A stretch of DNA of 64,000 nucleotides from Dendrobates tinctorius (Eukaryota): positions 8,494,001-8,558,000 of the forward strand of contig NW_027361840.1 of the NCBI RefSeq assembly GCF_039654945.1, read 5' to 3'. Below are positions 39,101-51,353 of the stretch, piece after piece. The notes below the pieces were generated by a model. It was not told the origin of the DNA and ran no database searches. It saw only the letters and a program-made list of their open reading frames with translations. Made by a program: the position numbers and the translations under genes. Each line of letters begins with the position of its first letter. The stretch's first letter is position 1.

Positions 39101-40650
39101 CTGCAGTGCTGAGGGCTTGTTACAATGTATCAATGTGTTCTGCAGTGCTGAGGGCTTATTACAGTGTACCTGTGTGCTCTGCAGTGCTGAGGGCTTGTTA
39201 CAATGTATCAGTGTGCTCTGCAGGGCTGAGGGCTTATTACAGTGTATCAGTGTGCTCTGCAGTGCTGAGGGGCTTGTTACACTGTATCAGTGTGCTCTGC
39301 AGTGCTGAGAGCTTGTTACACTGTATCAGTGTGATCTGCAGTGCTGATGACCTGTTACAATGTATCAGTGTACTCTGCAGTGCTGAGGGCTTGTTGCAAT
39401 ATATCAGTGTGGTCTGCAGTGCTGAGGGCTTGTTACAATGTGTCAGTGTATTCTGCAGTGCTGAGGGCTTGTTGCAATGTATCAGTGTGCTCTGCAGTGC
39501 TAAGGGGTTGTTGCAATGTACCAGTGTGTTCTGCAGTGCTGAGGGCTTGTTACAATGTGTCAGTGTGTTCTGCAGTGCTGAGGGCTTGATACAATGTATC
39601 AGTATGCTCTGCAGTGCTGAGGGCTTGTTACAATGTGTCAGTGTGTTCTCCAGTGCTGAGGGCTTGTTGCAATGTATCAGCGTGCTCTGCAGTGCTGAGG
39701 GCTTGTTGCAATGTATCAGTTTGTTCTGCAGTGCTGAGGGCTTGTTACAATGTGTCAGTGTATTCTGCAGTGTTGAGGGCTTGTTGCAATGTACCACTGT
39801 GTTCTGCAGTGCTGAGGGCTTGTTACAATGTGTCAGTGTGCTCTGCAGTGCTGAGGGCTTGTTACAGTGTATCAGTGTGTTCTGCAGTGCTGAGGCTTGT
39901 TACAATGTATCAGTGTGCTCTGCAGTGCTGAAGGCTTGTTACAATGTATCAGTGTGCTCTGAAGTGCTAAGGGCTTGTTACAACGTATCAGTGTGCTCTG
40001 CAGTGCTGAGGACTTATTACAGTGTATCAGTGTGCTCTGCAGTGCTGAGGGCTTGTTACAATGTATCAGTATGCTCTGCAGTGCTGAGGGCTTGTTACAA
40101 TGTGTCAGTGTGTTCTCCAGTGCTGAGGGCTTGTTGCAATGTATCAGCGTGCTCTGCAGTGCTGAGGGCTTGTTGCAATGTATCAGTTTGTTCTGCAGTG
40201 CTGAGGGCTTGTTACAATGTGTCAGTGTATTCTGCAGTGTTGAGGGCTTGTTGCAATGTACCACTGTGTTCTGCAGTGCTGAGGGCTTGTTACAATGTGT
40301 CAGTGTGCTCTGCAGTGCTGAGGGCTTGTTACAGTGTATCAGTGTGTTCTGCAGTGCTGAGGCTTGTTACAATGTATCAGTGTGCTCTGCAGTGCTGAAG
40401 GCTTGTTACAATGTATCAGTGTGCTCTGAAGTGCTAAGGGCTTGTTACAACGTATCAGTGTGCTCTGCAGTGCTGAGAGCTTGTTACAATGTATCAGTGT
40501 GCTCTGCAGTGCTGAGGACTTATTACAGTGTATCAGTGTGCTCTGCAGTGCTGAGAGCTTGTTACAATGTATCAGTGTGCTCTGCAGTGCTAAGGGTTTG
40601 TTACAATGTATCAGTGTGGTCTGCAGTGCTGAGGACTTGTTACAATGTAT

Positions 40651-41130
40651 GGCCGGAGTCACACTGGCGAGGAATACGGGAGAGTGAGAGGCGCAAAAAG
40701 CACGCATTAGACACGGACAAATGATTCTCTATGGGGTCCCTCGCACCAGGTGTATATTTCTCCTCAGTATCCTACGCTCCGTGCCACTCGCAGCATGCTG
40801 GGACTGTCAGCGTACTACGCCCGTAATACGTCAATGTAAGTCTATGGGTGCGCAAAAAATACGGATTACACACGGATCACACATGTGACTTGCGAGAAAT
40901 ACGCACCCGGTGTCTTTGGAAACCCTGTCATAGGGCTCCATTATATGTCCATTTTGCAAGCCTGCGAGAAAATCTCACCATACGGATTACATACGGATGC
41001 TGACATGCGCAAAATACACGACCACACCTTGATTACGGATGACATACGGAGCACTGTTTAGGGGCCATTCATCCGTATTACGCATGTAAAATACTGACCG
41101 TAATTTGCGCAGGTTAGTGTGACTCCAGCC
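40651..41130. mobile_element. Harbinger-type MITE, internally deleted copy
   Basis: TIR GGCCGGAGTCACACT / AGTGTGACTCCAGCC; TAT duplication. Confidence 0.88.
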
Positions 41131-41707
41131 TATCAGTGTGCTCTGCAGTACTGAGGGCTTGTTACAATGTGTCAGTGTGCTCTGCAGTGCTGAGGGCTTG
41201 TTGCAATGTATCAGTGTGCTCTGCAGTGCGGAGGCCTTGTTACAGTGTGTCAGTGTGCTCTGCAGTGCTGAGGACTTGTTACAGTGTATCAGTGTGATCT
41301 GCAGTGCTGAGGACTTATTACAATGTATCAGTGTGCTCTGCAGTGCTGAGGACTTGTTACAGTGTATCAGTGTGATCTGCAGTGCTGACAGTTTGTTACA
41401 ATGTATCAGTGTGCTCTGCAGTGCTGAGTGCTTGTTACAATGTATCAGTGTGCTCTGCAGTGCTGAGGGCTTGTTGCAATGTGTCAGTGTGCTCTGCAGT
41501 GCTGAGGGCTTGTTGCAATGTATCAGTGAGCTCTGCAGTGCTGAAGGCTTGTTACAATGTATCAGTGTGCTCGGCAGTGCTGAAGGCTTGTTACAATGTA
41601 TCAGTGTGCTCTGCAGTGCTGAAGGCTTGTTACAATGTATCAGTGTGCTCGGCAGTGCTGAAGGCTTGTTACAATGTATCAGTGTGCTCTGCAGTGCTGA
41701 GGACTTA

Positions 41708-42362
41708 GGCTGGAGTCACACTAACCTGCGCAAAATATGGTCAGTATTTTACGTGCGTAATACAGATGAATGGCCCCTAAACAGTGCTCCGTATGTCATC
41801 CGTAATCAAGGTGTGGTCGCGTATTTTGCGCATGTCAGCATCCGTATGTAATCCGTATGGTGAGATTTTCTCGCAGGCTTGCAAAATGGACATATAATGG
41901 AGCCCTATGCCAGTTTTAATAAAGAAATGAAAGAATAGATATATACACATAGAATGCATATATATATGTGTCTCAGTGATGTGTATGTATATATATATAT
42001 ATGTATTCTATGTGTCTATATCTATTCTTTTGTTTCTTTATTAAACCTGTCAGTGTGAGTTTACTGTATCGCGCACTGAATTGCCGGCTTTGCTAAAAGA
42101 CACCGGGTGCGTATTTCTCGCAGGTCACATGTGTGTTCCGTGTGTAATCCGTATTTTTTGCGCACCCATAGACTTGCATTGGCGTACTACGGCCGTAGTA
42201 CGCTGACAGTCCCAGCATGCTGCGATTGGCACGGAGCGTAGAATACGGATGAGAAATATACGGCTGGTGCGAGGGACCCCATAGAGAATCATTTGTCCGT
42301 GTGTAATGCGTGCTTTTTGCGCCTCTCACTCTCCCGTATTCCTCTCTAGTGTGACCCCGGCC
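41708..42362. mobile_element. Harbinger-type MITE, same family, opposite orientation, longer copy
   Basis: TIR GGCTGGAGTCACACT / AGTGTGACCCCGGCC; TTA duplication; reverse-complement match to 40651-41130. Confidence 0.88.
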
Positions 42363-45194
42363 TTATTACAAAGTATCAGTGTGGTCTGCAGTGCTGATGG
42401 CTTGTTACAATGTATCAGTGTGCTCTGCAGTGCTGAGGGCTTGTTACAATGTGTCAGTGTGCTCTGCAGTGCTGAGGGCTTGTTGCAATGTATCAGTGTG
42501 CTCTGCAGTGCTGAGGGCTTGTTACAATGTGTCAGTGTGCTCTGCAGTGCTGAGGGCTTGTTGCAATGTATCAGTGTGTTCTGCAGTGCTGAGGGCTTGT
42601 TGCAATGTGTCAGTGTGCTCTGCAGTGCTGAGGACTTATTACAATGTATCAGTGTGCTCTGCAGTGCTGAGGACTTGTTACAGTGTGTCAGTGTGCTCTG
42701 CAGTGCTGAGAGCTTGTTACAATGTATCAGTGTGCTCTGCAGTGCTGAGGGCTTGTTACAATGTATCAGTGTGTTCTGCAGTGCTGAGGGCTTGTTACAA
42801 TGTATCAATGTGTTCTGCAGTGCTAAGGGCTTGTTACAATGTATCAATGTGTTCTGCAGTGCTGAGGGCTTGTTACAATGTATCAGTGTGCACTGCAGTG
42901 CTAAGGGCTTGTTACAATGTATCCGTGTGCTCTGCAGTGCTAAGGGCTTGTTACAATGTATCAGTGTGCACTGCAGTGCTGAAGGCTTGTTACAATGTAT
43001 CAGTGTGCTCTGCAGTGCACAGGGCTTGTTACAATGTATCAGTGTGCACTGCAGTGCTAAGGGCTTGTTACAATGTATCCGTGTGCTCTGCAGTGCTGAG
43101 GGCTTGTTGCAATGTATCAATGTGTTCTGCAGTGCTGAGGGCTTGTTACAATGTATCAATGTGTTCTGCAGTGCTAAGGGCTTGTTACAATGTATCAGTG
43201 TGCTCGGCAGTGCTGAAGGCTTGTTACAATGTATCAGTGTGCTCTGCAGTGCACAGGGCTTGTTACAATGTATCAGTGTGCACTGCAGTGCTAAGGGCTT
43301 GTTACAATGTATCCGTGTGCTCTGCAGTGCTGAGGGCTTGTTGCAATGTATCAATGTGTTCTGCAGTGCTGAGGGCTTGTTGCAATGTATCAATGTGTTC
43401 TGCAGTGCTGAGGGCTTGTTACAATGTATCAATGTGTTCTGCAGTGCTAAGGGCTTGTTACAATGTATCAGTGTGCTCGGCAGTGCTGAAGGCTTGTTAC
43501 AATGTATCAGTGTGCACTGCAGTGCTAAGGGCTTGTTACAATGTATCCGTGTGCTCTGCAGTGCTGAAGGCTTGTTACAATGTATCAGTGTGCTCTGCAG
43601 TGCTGAGGGCTTGTTGCAATGTATCAATGTGTTCTGCAGTGCTGAGGGCTTGTTACAATGTATCAATGTGTTCTGCAGTGCTAAGGGCTTGTTACAATGT
43701 ATCAGTGTGCTCTGCAGTGCTGAGGCCTTGTTACAATGTATCAGTGTGTTCTGCAGTGCTGAGGGCTTGTTGCAATGTATCAATGTATTCTGCAGTGCTG
43801 AGGGCTTGTTACAATGTAGCAATGTGTTCTGCAGTGCTGAGGGCTTTTTACAGTGTATCAGTGAGCTCTGCAGTGCTGAGGGCTTGTTACAATGTATCAG
43901 TGTGCTCTGCAGTGCTGATGGCTTGTTACAATGTGCCGGTGTTCTCTGCAGTGCTGAGAGTTTGTTACAATGTATCATTGTGCTCTGCAGTGTTGAGGGC
44001 TTGTTTCAGTGTGCTCTGCAGTGCTGATGGCTTGTTACAATGTGCCCGTGTTCTCTGCAGTGCTGAGAGTTTGTTACAATGTATCAGTGTGCTCTGCAGT
44101 GCTGAGGGCTTGTTAAAGTGTTTCAGTGTGCTATGCGGTGCTGAGGGCTTGTTGCAATGTATCAGTGTGCTCTGCAGTGCTGAGAGTTTGTTACAATGTA
44201 TCTGTGTGCTGTGCAGTGCTGAGGGCTTGTTACAATGTATCAGTGTACTCTGCAGTGCTGAGGGCTTATTATAGTGTATCAGTGTGCTCTGCAGTGCTGA
44301 GGGCTTATTATAGTGTATCAGTATGTTCTGCAGTGCTGAGGGCTTGTTACAGTGTGTCAGTGTGCTCTGCAGTGCTGAGGGCTTGTTACAATGTATCAGT
44401 GTGCTCTGCAGTGCTGAGGGCTTGTTACAGTGTGTCAGTGTGCTCTGCAGTGCTGAGGGCTTGTTGCAATGTATCAGTGTGCTCTGCAGTGCTGAGGGAT
44501 TGTTACAGTGTGTCAGTGTGCTCTGCAGTGCTGGGGGCTTGTTGCAATGTATCAGTGTGCTCTGCAGTGCTGAGGGCTTGTTACAGTGTGTCAGTGTGTT
44601 CTGCAGTGCTGAGGACTTGTTACAATATATCAGTGTGCTCTGCAGTGCTGAGGGCTTGTTACAATGTATCAGTGTGCTCTGCAGTGCTGAGGGCTTGTTA
44701 CAGTGTATCAGTGTGCTCTGCAGTGCTGAGTGCTTGTTACAATGTATCAGTGTGCTCTGCAGTGCTGAGGGCTTGTTACAGTGTGTCAGTGTGCTCTGCA
44801 GTGCTGAGGGCTTGTTACAATGTATCAGTGTGCTCTGCAGTGCTGAGGGCTTGTTACAATGTATCAGTGTGCTCTGAAGTGCTGAGGACTTGTTACAATG
44901 TATCCGTGTGATCTGCAGTCATGTAGGCTTGTTACAATGTATCAGCGTATGCTTATATTTGGATAGCCTCACAAGTTCTCGTTGCTAATCCAGTAGCCAT
45001 TATTTACTGCACAGTGGACCCTATAAATCTAACACCAATAACTGATATATAATGATTGCTAACACATAATACTATCATCCTCATCTCACTAAGATTCTAT
45101 ACTGAAAGGCAATGCAGCAGTAATGATTAATGCGTCATTTCTGTGTCACATAGGACTCTAGATGCTACATTATCTGCACACAGAGATCTGTCAA

Positions 45195-45838
45195 TGTGTT
45201 ATCTGTGGGGTTACATAGGACTGCAGGTAACATCTACTACATTATGCTCAGAGTTATCACTGTGTTATCTGTGGGGTTACATAGGACTGCAGGTAACATC
45301 TACTACATTATGCTCAGAGTTATCACTGTGTTATCTGTGGGGTTACATAGGACTGCAGGTAACATCTACTACATTATGCTCAGAGGTATCACTGTGTTAT
45401 CTGTGGGGTTACATAGGACTGCAGGTAACATCTACTACATTATGCTCAGAGTAATCACTGTGTTATCTGTGGTGTTACATAGGACTGCAGGTAACATCTA
45501 CTACATTATGCTCAGAGGTATCACTGTGTTATCTGTGGGGTTACATAGGACTGCAGGTAACATCTACTACATTATGCTCAGAGGTATCACTGTGTTATCT
45601 GTGGGGTTACATAGGACTGCAGGTAACATCTACTACATTATGCTCAGAGTAATCACTGTGTTATCTGTGGGGTTACATAGGACTGCAGGTAACATCTACT
45701 ACATTATGCTCAGAGGTATCACTGTGTTATCTGTGGGGTTACATAGGACTGCAGGTAACATCTACTACATTATGCTCAGAGTAATCACTGTGTTATCTGT
45801 GGGGTTACATAGGACTGCAGGTAACATCTACTACATTT
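45195..45838. repeat. 66-bp tandem repeat, about 10 copies
   Basis: Unit CTGTGTTATCTGTGGGGTTACATAGGACTGCAGGTAACATCTACTACATTATGCTCAGAGKTATCA. Confidence 0.95.
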
Positions 45839-45908
45839 ATTACTGTGTTATTTGTAACTAGAAAGGAAAAGTCACACAATAGGTTCTCCACCAAGAAAAT
45901 ATTCTTAA

Positions 45909-46083
45909 GGGCTCATACAAGTCAATACCCGGCACTGCCGCAGGTACTCGGATCGGAGCGTTCAGCTGCATAGAAATATATAGAAATACATGCCGCTGCA
46001 CGCTCCGCTCCCGAGTGCCGGCGGCAGTGCCGGGTATTGACTTATGAGACTCGTCCGAGTTTCTCACATGTGAGTATGAGCCC
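45909..46083. mobile_element. Small Harbinger-type MITE
   Basis: GGGCTCATAC..GTATGAGCCC termini, TAA on both sides, internal palindrome AGTCAATACCCGGCACTGCCGC / GCGGCAGTGCCGGGTATTGACT. Confidence 0.8.
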
Positions 46084-46324
46084 TAATGTTTCTGTTTTTT
46101 CTTTTTTTATCATTAATTATTACTTTAAAGGGACAGTAATCCAGATTTTTGGTGACAACAGAAAGCAATTGATTATTTTCCTCATATTACAATAAAGTCA
46201 GCCGATCTGATTAATGGCTGATAACAGGGAGCAATAGATTCACTTGTTTGGCGTCAGTTTCATAGCAGCCTAAATTAACCGGCAACCGAAAGAATTTTTA
46301 AAGCACAATTTGGACTGTGAAGGC

Positions 46325-49300
46325 AGGTGCGATGCTCTGCGGGCTTTGTGAGAAGGTGCGATGCTCTGCGGGCTTTGTGAGAAGGTGCGATGCTCTGCGG
46401 GAAGGTGCGATGCTCTGCAGGCTTTGCGGGAAGGTGTAAAGCTCTGCGGGAAGGTGCGATGCTCTGCAGGCTTTGCGGGAAGGTGAGATGCTCTGCAGGC
46501 TTTGTGGGAAGGTGTGATGCTCTGCGGGGAGGTGCGATGCTCTGCGGGAAGGTGTGATGCTCTGCGGGAAGGTGTGATGCTCTGCAGGCTTTGCGGGAAG
46601 GTGTGATGCTCTGCAGGCTTTGCGGGAAGGTGTGATGCTCTGCGGGAAGGTGTGATGCTCTGTGGGAAGGTGCGATGCTCTACAGGCTTTGCGGGAAGGT
46701 GAGATGCTCTGCAGGCTTTGTGGGAAGGTGCGATGCTCTGCGGGAAGGTGCGATGCTCTGCGGGAAGGTGCCATGCTCTGCGGGAAGGTGTAAAGCTCTG
46801 CTGGCTTTGTAGGAAGGTGCGATGCTCAGCAGGCTCTGTGGGAAGGTGTGATGCTCTGTGGGAAGGTGTAAAGCTCTGCGGGAAGGTGCGATGCTCTGCA
46901 GGCTTTGCGGGAAGGTGTGATGCTCTGCAGGCTTTGTGGGAAGGTGTGATGCTCTGCGGGAAGGTGCGATGCTCTGCGGGAAGGTGCGATGCTCTGCGGG
47001 AAGGTGTAATGCTCTGCGGGAAGGTGTGATGCTCTGCGGGAAGGTGTGATGCTCTGCAGGCTTTGCGGGAAGGTGCGATGCTCTGCAGGCTTTGTGGGAA
47101 GGTGTGATGCTTTGCAGGAAGGTGCAATGCTCTGCAGGCTTTGCGGGAAGGTGCGATGCTCTGCAGGCTTTGTGGGAAGGTGTGATGCTCTGCGGGAAGG
47201 TGCGATGCTCTGCGGGAAGGTGCCATGCTCTGCGGGAAGGTGCGATGCTCTGCGGGCTTTGTAGGAAGGTGCGATGCTCTGCGGGTTTTGTGGGAAGGTG
47301 CGATGCTCTGCCGGCTTTGTGGGAAGATGTGATGCTCTGCGGGAAGGTGTGATGCTCTGCGGGAAGTTGCGATGCTCTGCGGGAAGGTGTGATGATATGC
47401 AGGCTTTGTGGGAAGGTGTGATGCTCTGCGGGAAGGTGAGCTGCTCTGCAGGCTTTGTGGGAAGGTGTGATGCTCTGCGGGAAGGTGCGATGCTCTGCGG
47501 GAAGGTGCCATGCTCTGCGGGAAGGTGTAAAGCTCTGCTGGCTTTGTAGGAAGGTGCAATGCTCAGCAGGCTTTGTGGGAAGGTGCGATGCTCTGCGGGA
47601 AGGTGCGATGCTCTGCGGGCTTTGTGGGAAGGTGCGATGCTCTGCCGGCTTTGTGGGAAGATGTGATGCTCTGCGGGAAGGTGTGATGCTCTGCGGGAAG
47701 GTGTGATGATCTGCAGGCTTTGTGGGAAGGTGCGATGCTCTGCGGGAAGGTGAGCTGCTCTGCAGGCTTTGTGGGAAGGTGAGATGCTCTGCGGGAAGGT
47801 GCGATGCTCTGCGGGAAGGTGCCATGCTCTGCGGGAAGGTGCCATGCTCTGCGGGAAGGTGTAAAGCTCTGCTGGCTTTGTAGGAAGGTGCGATGCTCAG
47901 CAGGCTTTGTGGGAAGGTGCGATGCTCTGCGGGAAGGTGCGATGCTCTGCGGGCTTTGTGGGAAGGTGCGATGCTCTGCCGGCTTTGTGGGAAGATGTAA
48001 TGCTCTGCGGGAAGTTGCGATGCTCTGCGGGAAGGTATGATGATCTGCAGGCTTTGTGGGAAGGTGTGATGCTCAGCGGGAAAGTGAGATGCTCTGCAGG
48101 CTTTGTCGGAAGGTGAGATGCTCAGCAGGCTTTGTTTGAAGGTGTGATGCTCTGCGGGAAGGTGTGATGCTCTGCGGGAAGTTGTGATGCTCTGCGGGAA
48201 GGTGTGATGATCTGCAGGCTTTGTGGGAAGGTGCGATGCTCTGCGGGAAGGTGAGATGCTCTGCAGGCTTTGTGGGAAGGTGTGATGCTCTGCGGGAAGG
48301 TGTGATGCTCTGCAGGAAGGTGAGATGCTCTGCAGGCTTTGTGGGAAGGTGAGATGCTCTGCAGGCTTTGTGGGAAGGTGTGATGCTCTGCGGGAAGGTG
48401 TGATGCTCTGCGGGAAGTTGCAATGCTCTGCGGGAAGGTGTGATGATCTGCAGGCTTTGTGGGAAGGTGTGATGCTCTGCGGAAAGGTGAGATGCTCTGC
48501 AGGCTTTGTGGGAAGGTGTGATGCTCTGCGGGAAGGTGTGATGCTCTGCGGGAAGTTGCGATGCTCTGCGGGAAGGTGTGATGATCTGCAGGCTTTGTGG
48601 GAAGGTGCGATGCTCTGCGGGAAGGTGCGATGATCTGCGGAAAGGTGCGATGCTCTGCAGGCTTTGTGGGAAGGTGTGATGCTCTGCGGGAAGGTGTGAT
48701 GCTCTGCAGGAAGGTGAGATGCTCTGCAGGCATTGTGGGAAGGTGAGATGCTCTGCAGGCTTTGTGGGAAGGTGTGATGCTCTGCGGGAAGGTGTGATGC
48801 TCTGCGGGAAGTTGCAATGCTCTGCGGGAAGATGTGATGATCTGCAGGCTTTGTGGGAAGGTGCGATGCTTTGTGGGAAGGTGCGATTCTCTGCAGGCTT
48901 TGTGGGAAGGTGTGATGCTCTGCGGGAAGGTGTGATGCTCTGCAGGAAGGTGAGATGCTCTGCAGGCTTTGTGGGAAGGTGAGATGCTCTGCAGGCTTTG
49001 TGGGAAGGTGTGATGCTCTGCGGGAAGGTGTGATGCTCTGCGGGAAGTTGCAATGCTCTGCGGGAAGATGTGATGATCTGCAGGCTTTGTGGGAAGGTGC
49101 GATGCTCTGCGGGAAGGTGAGATGCTCTGCGGGAAGGTGCGATGATCTGCAGGCTTTGTGGGAAGGTGCGATGCTTTGTGGGAAGGTGCGATGCTTTGTG
49201 GGAAGGTGCGATGCTCTGCAGGCTTTGTGGGAAGGCGCGATGCTTTGTGGGAAGGTGCGATGCTCTGCAGGCTTTGTGGGAAGGTGCGATGCTCTGCGGG

Positions 49301-49450
49301 AAGGTGAGATGCTCTGCCGGAAGGTGAGATGCTCTGCAGGCTCTGCGGGAAGGTGTGATGCTCTGCGGGAAGGTGCGATGCTCTGCGGGAAGGTGCGATG
49401 CTCTGCGGGAAGGTGCGATGCTCTGCGGGAAGGTACGATGCTCTGCGGGC
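46325..49450. repeat. Composite minisatellite of interspersed 20-bp and 29-bp units
   Basis: GGGAAGGTGYGATGCTCTGC with or without an added AGGCTTTGT. Confidence 0.96.
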
Positions 49451-50116
49451 TTTCCAGCTGCAGATAATTGCAGGATCTGTTCTTTGCAGACAAGGACATG
49501 TTGGAGGTTACAGGCAGGGGGGACATGCGGGGCGACCTCTGCTGCGCCTCTCTCCTATCTTCTCCTGGGAGAGCTGGGTGACAGCCTCAGTGATGGTGGA
49601 CTCTGACACCTTGCACTCAGCTATTTCGCATTATTGTGAGAATTTTGGCCGCTGGAATCCTTGTGGATCAGTTTTTGCTTCTTGGGATCTGATTGAAGAT
49701 GGAAGATCCTAAAGTAAGAAAGAACGATGAGATGATGGGGGTGATCACTCTGCTCTCCCAGCAGATGTCAGCACCGGGCCCCGGGGTCAGGGTGTGATGT
49801 GATTGACGCTCATTTGTAGGACATAGTTTCTTGATGTGTCACTATATCTGCTGGCTGTGAGAGTAACAACACCTCTGCTGTGTGCACGTCTGCCTGAAGA
49901 GCTGACGATCTAGAGGCAGCAAATGTGTCACCGCTGACGCAAAATTCCTTTTTTTTCTGCATCATCTGGTATCATGTCCTCATTCAATTATTGTGCAACA
50001 GAAAACAATTACTCCCCGTTATCAGCCAATACTGGGAGAGGTGACTGTAGGACAGGAGACTACAATCTATTACTCCCTGTTTATTCCAACACATGGAGTG
50101 TGTGTGTGTGTATATA

Positions 50117-51337
50117 CACTCACTGGCCACTTTATTAGGTACACCATGCTAGTAAGGGGTTGGACCCCCTTTTGCCTTCAGAACTGCCTCAATTCTTCGT
50201 GGCAGAGATTCAACAAGGTGCTGGAAGCATTCCTCAGAGATTTTGGACCATATTGACATGATGGCATCACACAGTTGGCGCAGATTTGTCGGCTGCACAT
50301 CCCTGATGCGAATCTCCCGTTCCACCACATCCCAAAGATGCTCTATTGGATTGAGATCTGGTGACTGAGGAGGCCATTTGAGTACAGTAAACTCATTGTC
50401 ATGTTCAAGAAACCAATCTGAGATGATTCGAGCTTTATGACATGGCGCATTATCCTGCTGAAAGTAGCCATCAGATGTTGGGTACATTGTGGTCATAAAG
50501 GGATGGACATGGTCAGCAACAATACTCAGGTAGGCTGTGGCGTTGCAACGATGCTCAATTGGTACCAAGGGGCCCAAAGAGTGCCCAGAAAAAATTCCCC
50601 ACACCATGACACCACCACCACCAGCCTGAACCGTTGATACAAGGCAGGATGGATCCATGCTTTCATGTTGTTTACGCCAAATTCTGACCCTACCATCCGA
50701 ATGTCGCAGCAGAAATCGAGACTCATCAGACCAGGCAACGTTTTTCCAATCTTCTACTGTCCAATTTCGATGAGCTTGTGCAAATTGTAGCCTCAGTTTC
50801 CTGTTCTTAGCTGAGAGGAGTGGTACCCAGTGTGGTCTTCTGCTGCTGTAGCCCATCTGCCTCAAAGTTCGACGCACTGTGCGTTCAGAGATGCTCTTCT
50901 GCCTAACTTGGTTGTAACGGGTGGCAATTTGAGTCACTGTTGCCTTTCTATCAGCTCGAACCAGTCTGCCCATTCTCCTCTGACCTCTGGCATCAACATG
51001 GCATTTCCGGCCACAGAACTGCCGCTCACTGGATTTTTTTTCTTTTTCGGACCATTCTCTGTAAACCCTAGAGATGGTTGTGCGTGAAAATCCCAGTAGA
51101 TCAGCAGTTTCTGAAATTCTCAGACCAGCCCTTCTGGCACCAACAATCATGCCACGTTCAAAGGCACTCAAATCACCTTTCTTCCCCATACTGATGCTCG
51201 GTTTGAACTGCAGGAGATTGTCTTGACCATGTCTACATACCTAAATGCACTGAGTTGCCGCCATGTGATTGGCTGATTAGAAATTAAGTCTTAACACACA
51301 GTTGGACAGGTGTACCTAATAAAGTGGCCAGTGAGTG
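50117..51337 (-). mobile_element. Intact Tc1/mariner DD36E (Incomer-type) transposon, 1221 bp
   Basis: Perfect 29-bp TIR CACTCACTGGCCACTTTATTAGGTACACC, flanking TA, single ORF. Confidence 0.95.
50149..51189 (-). CDS. DD36E transposase, 346 aa
   Basis: N-terminal [30 protein letters not shown]; 36 residues counted between the second D and the E. Confidence 0.95.
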   Translation of the reverse strand: MGKKGDLSAFERGMIVGARRAGLRISETADLLGFSRTTISRVYREWSEKEKKSSERQFCGRKCHVDARGQRRMGRLVRADRKATVTQIATRYNQVRQKSISERTVRRTLRQMGYSSRRPHWVPLLSAKNRKLRLQFAQAHRNWTVEDWKNVAWSDESRFLLRHSDGRVRIWRKQHESMDPSCLVSTVQAGGGGVMVWGIFSGHSLGPLVPIEHRCNATAYLSIVADHVHPFMTTMYPTSDGYFQQDNAPCHKARIISDWFLEHDNEFTVLKWPPQSPDLNPIEHLWDVVEREIRIRDVQPTNLRQLCDAIMSIWSKISEECFQHLVESLPRRIEAVLKAKGGPTPY

Positions 51338-51353
51338 TATATATATATATATA

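Larger units (their letters stand above)
28313..44946. repeat. 39-bp satellite array, about 10 kb net, interrupted by a Gypsy element and two MITEs
   Basis: Unit TGTATCAGTGTGCTCTGCAGTGCTGAGGGCTTGTTACAA. Confidence 0.98.

Noticed and set aside
28341-44911. Many Cys-rich ORFs resembling metallothionein or keratin-associated proteins
   Set aside because: They come from the 39-bp satellite, are open in several frames and strands, and contain random frameshifts.
46270-49526. 948-aa and other minus-strand ORFs
   Set aside because: They come from the 20/29-bp satellite, which lacks stops. The reading frame cycles with each unit, and there is an in-frame stop shortly upstream of the start.
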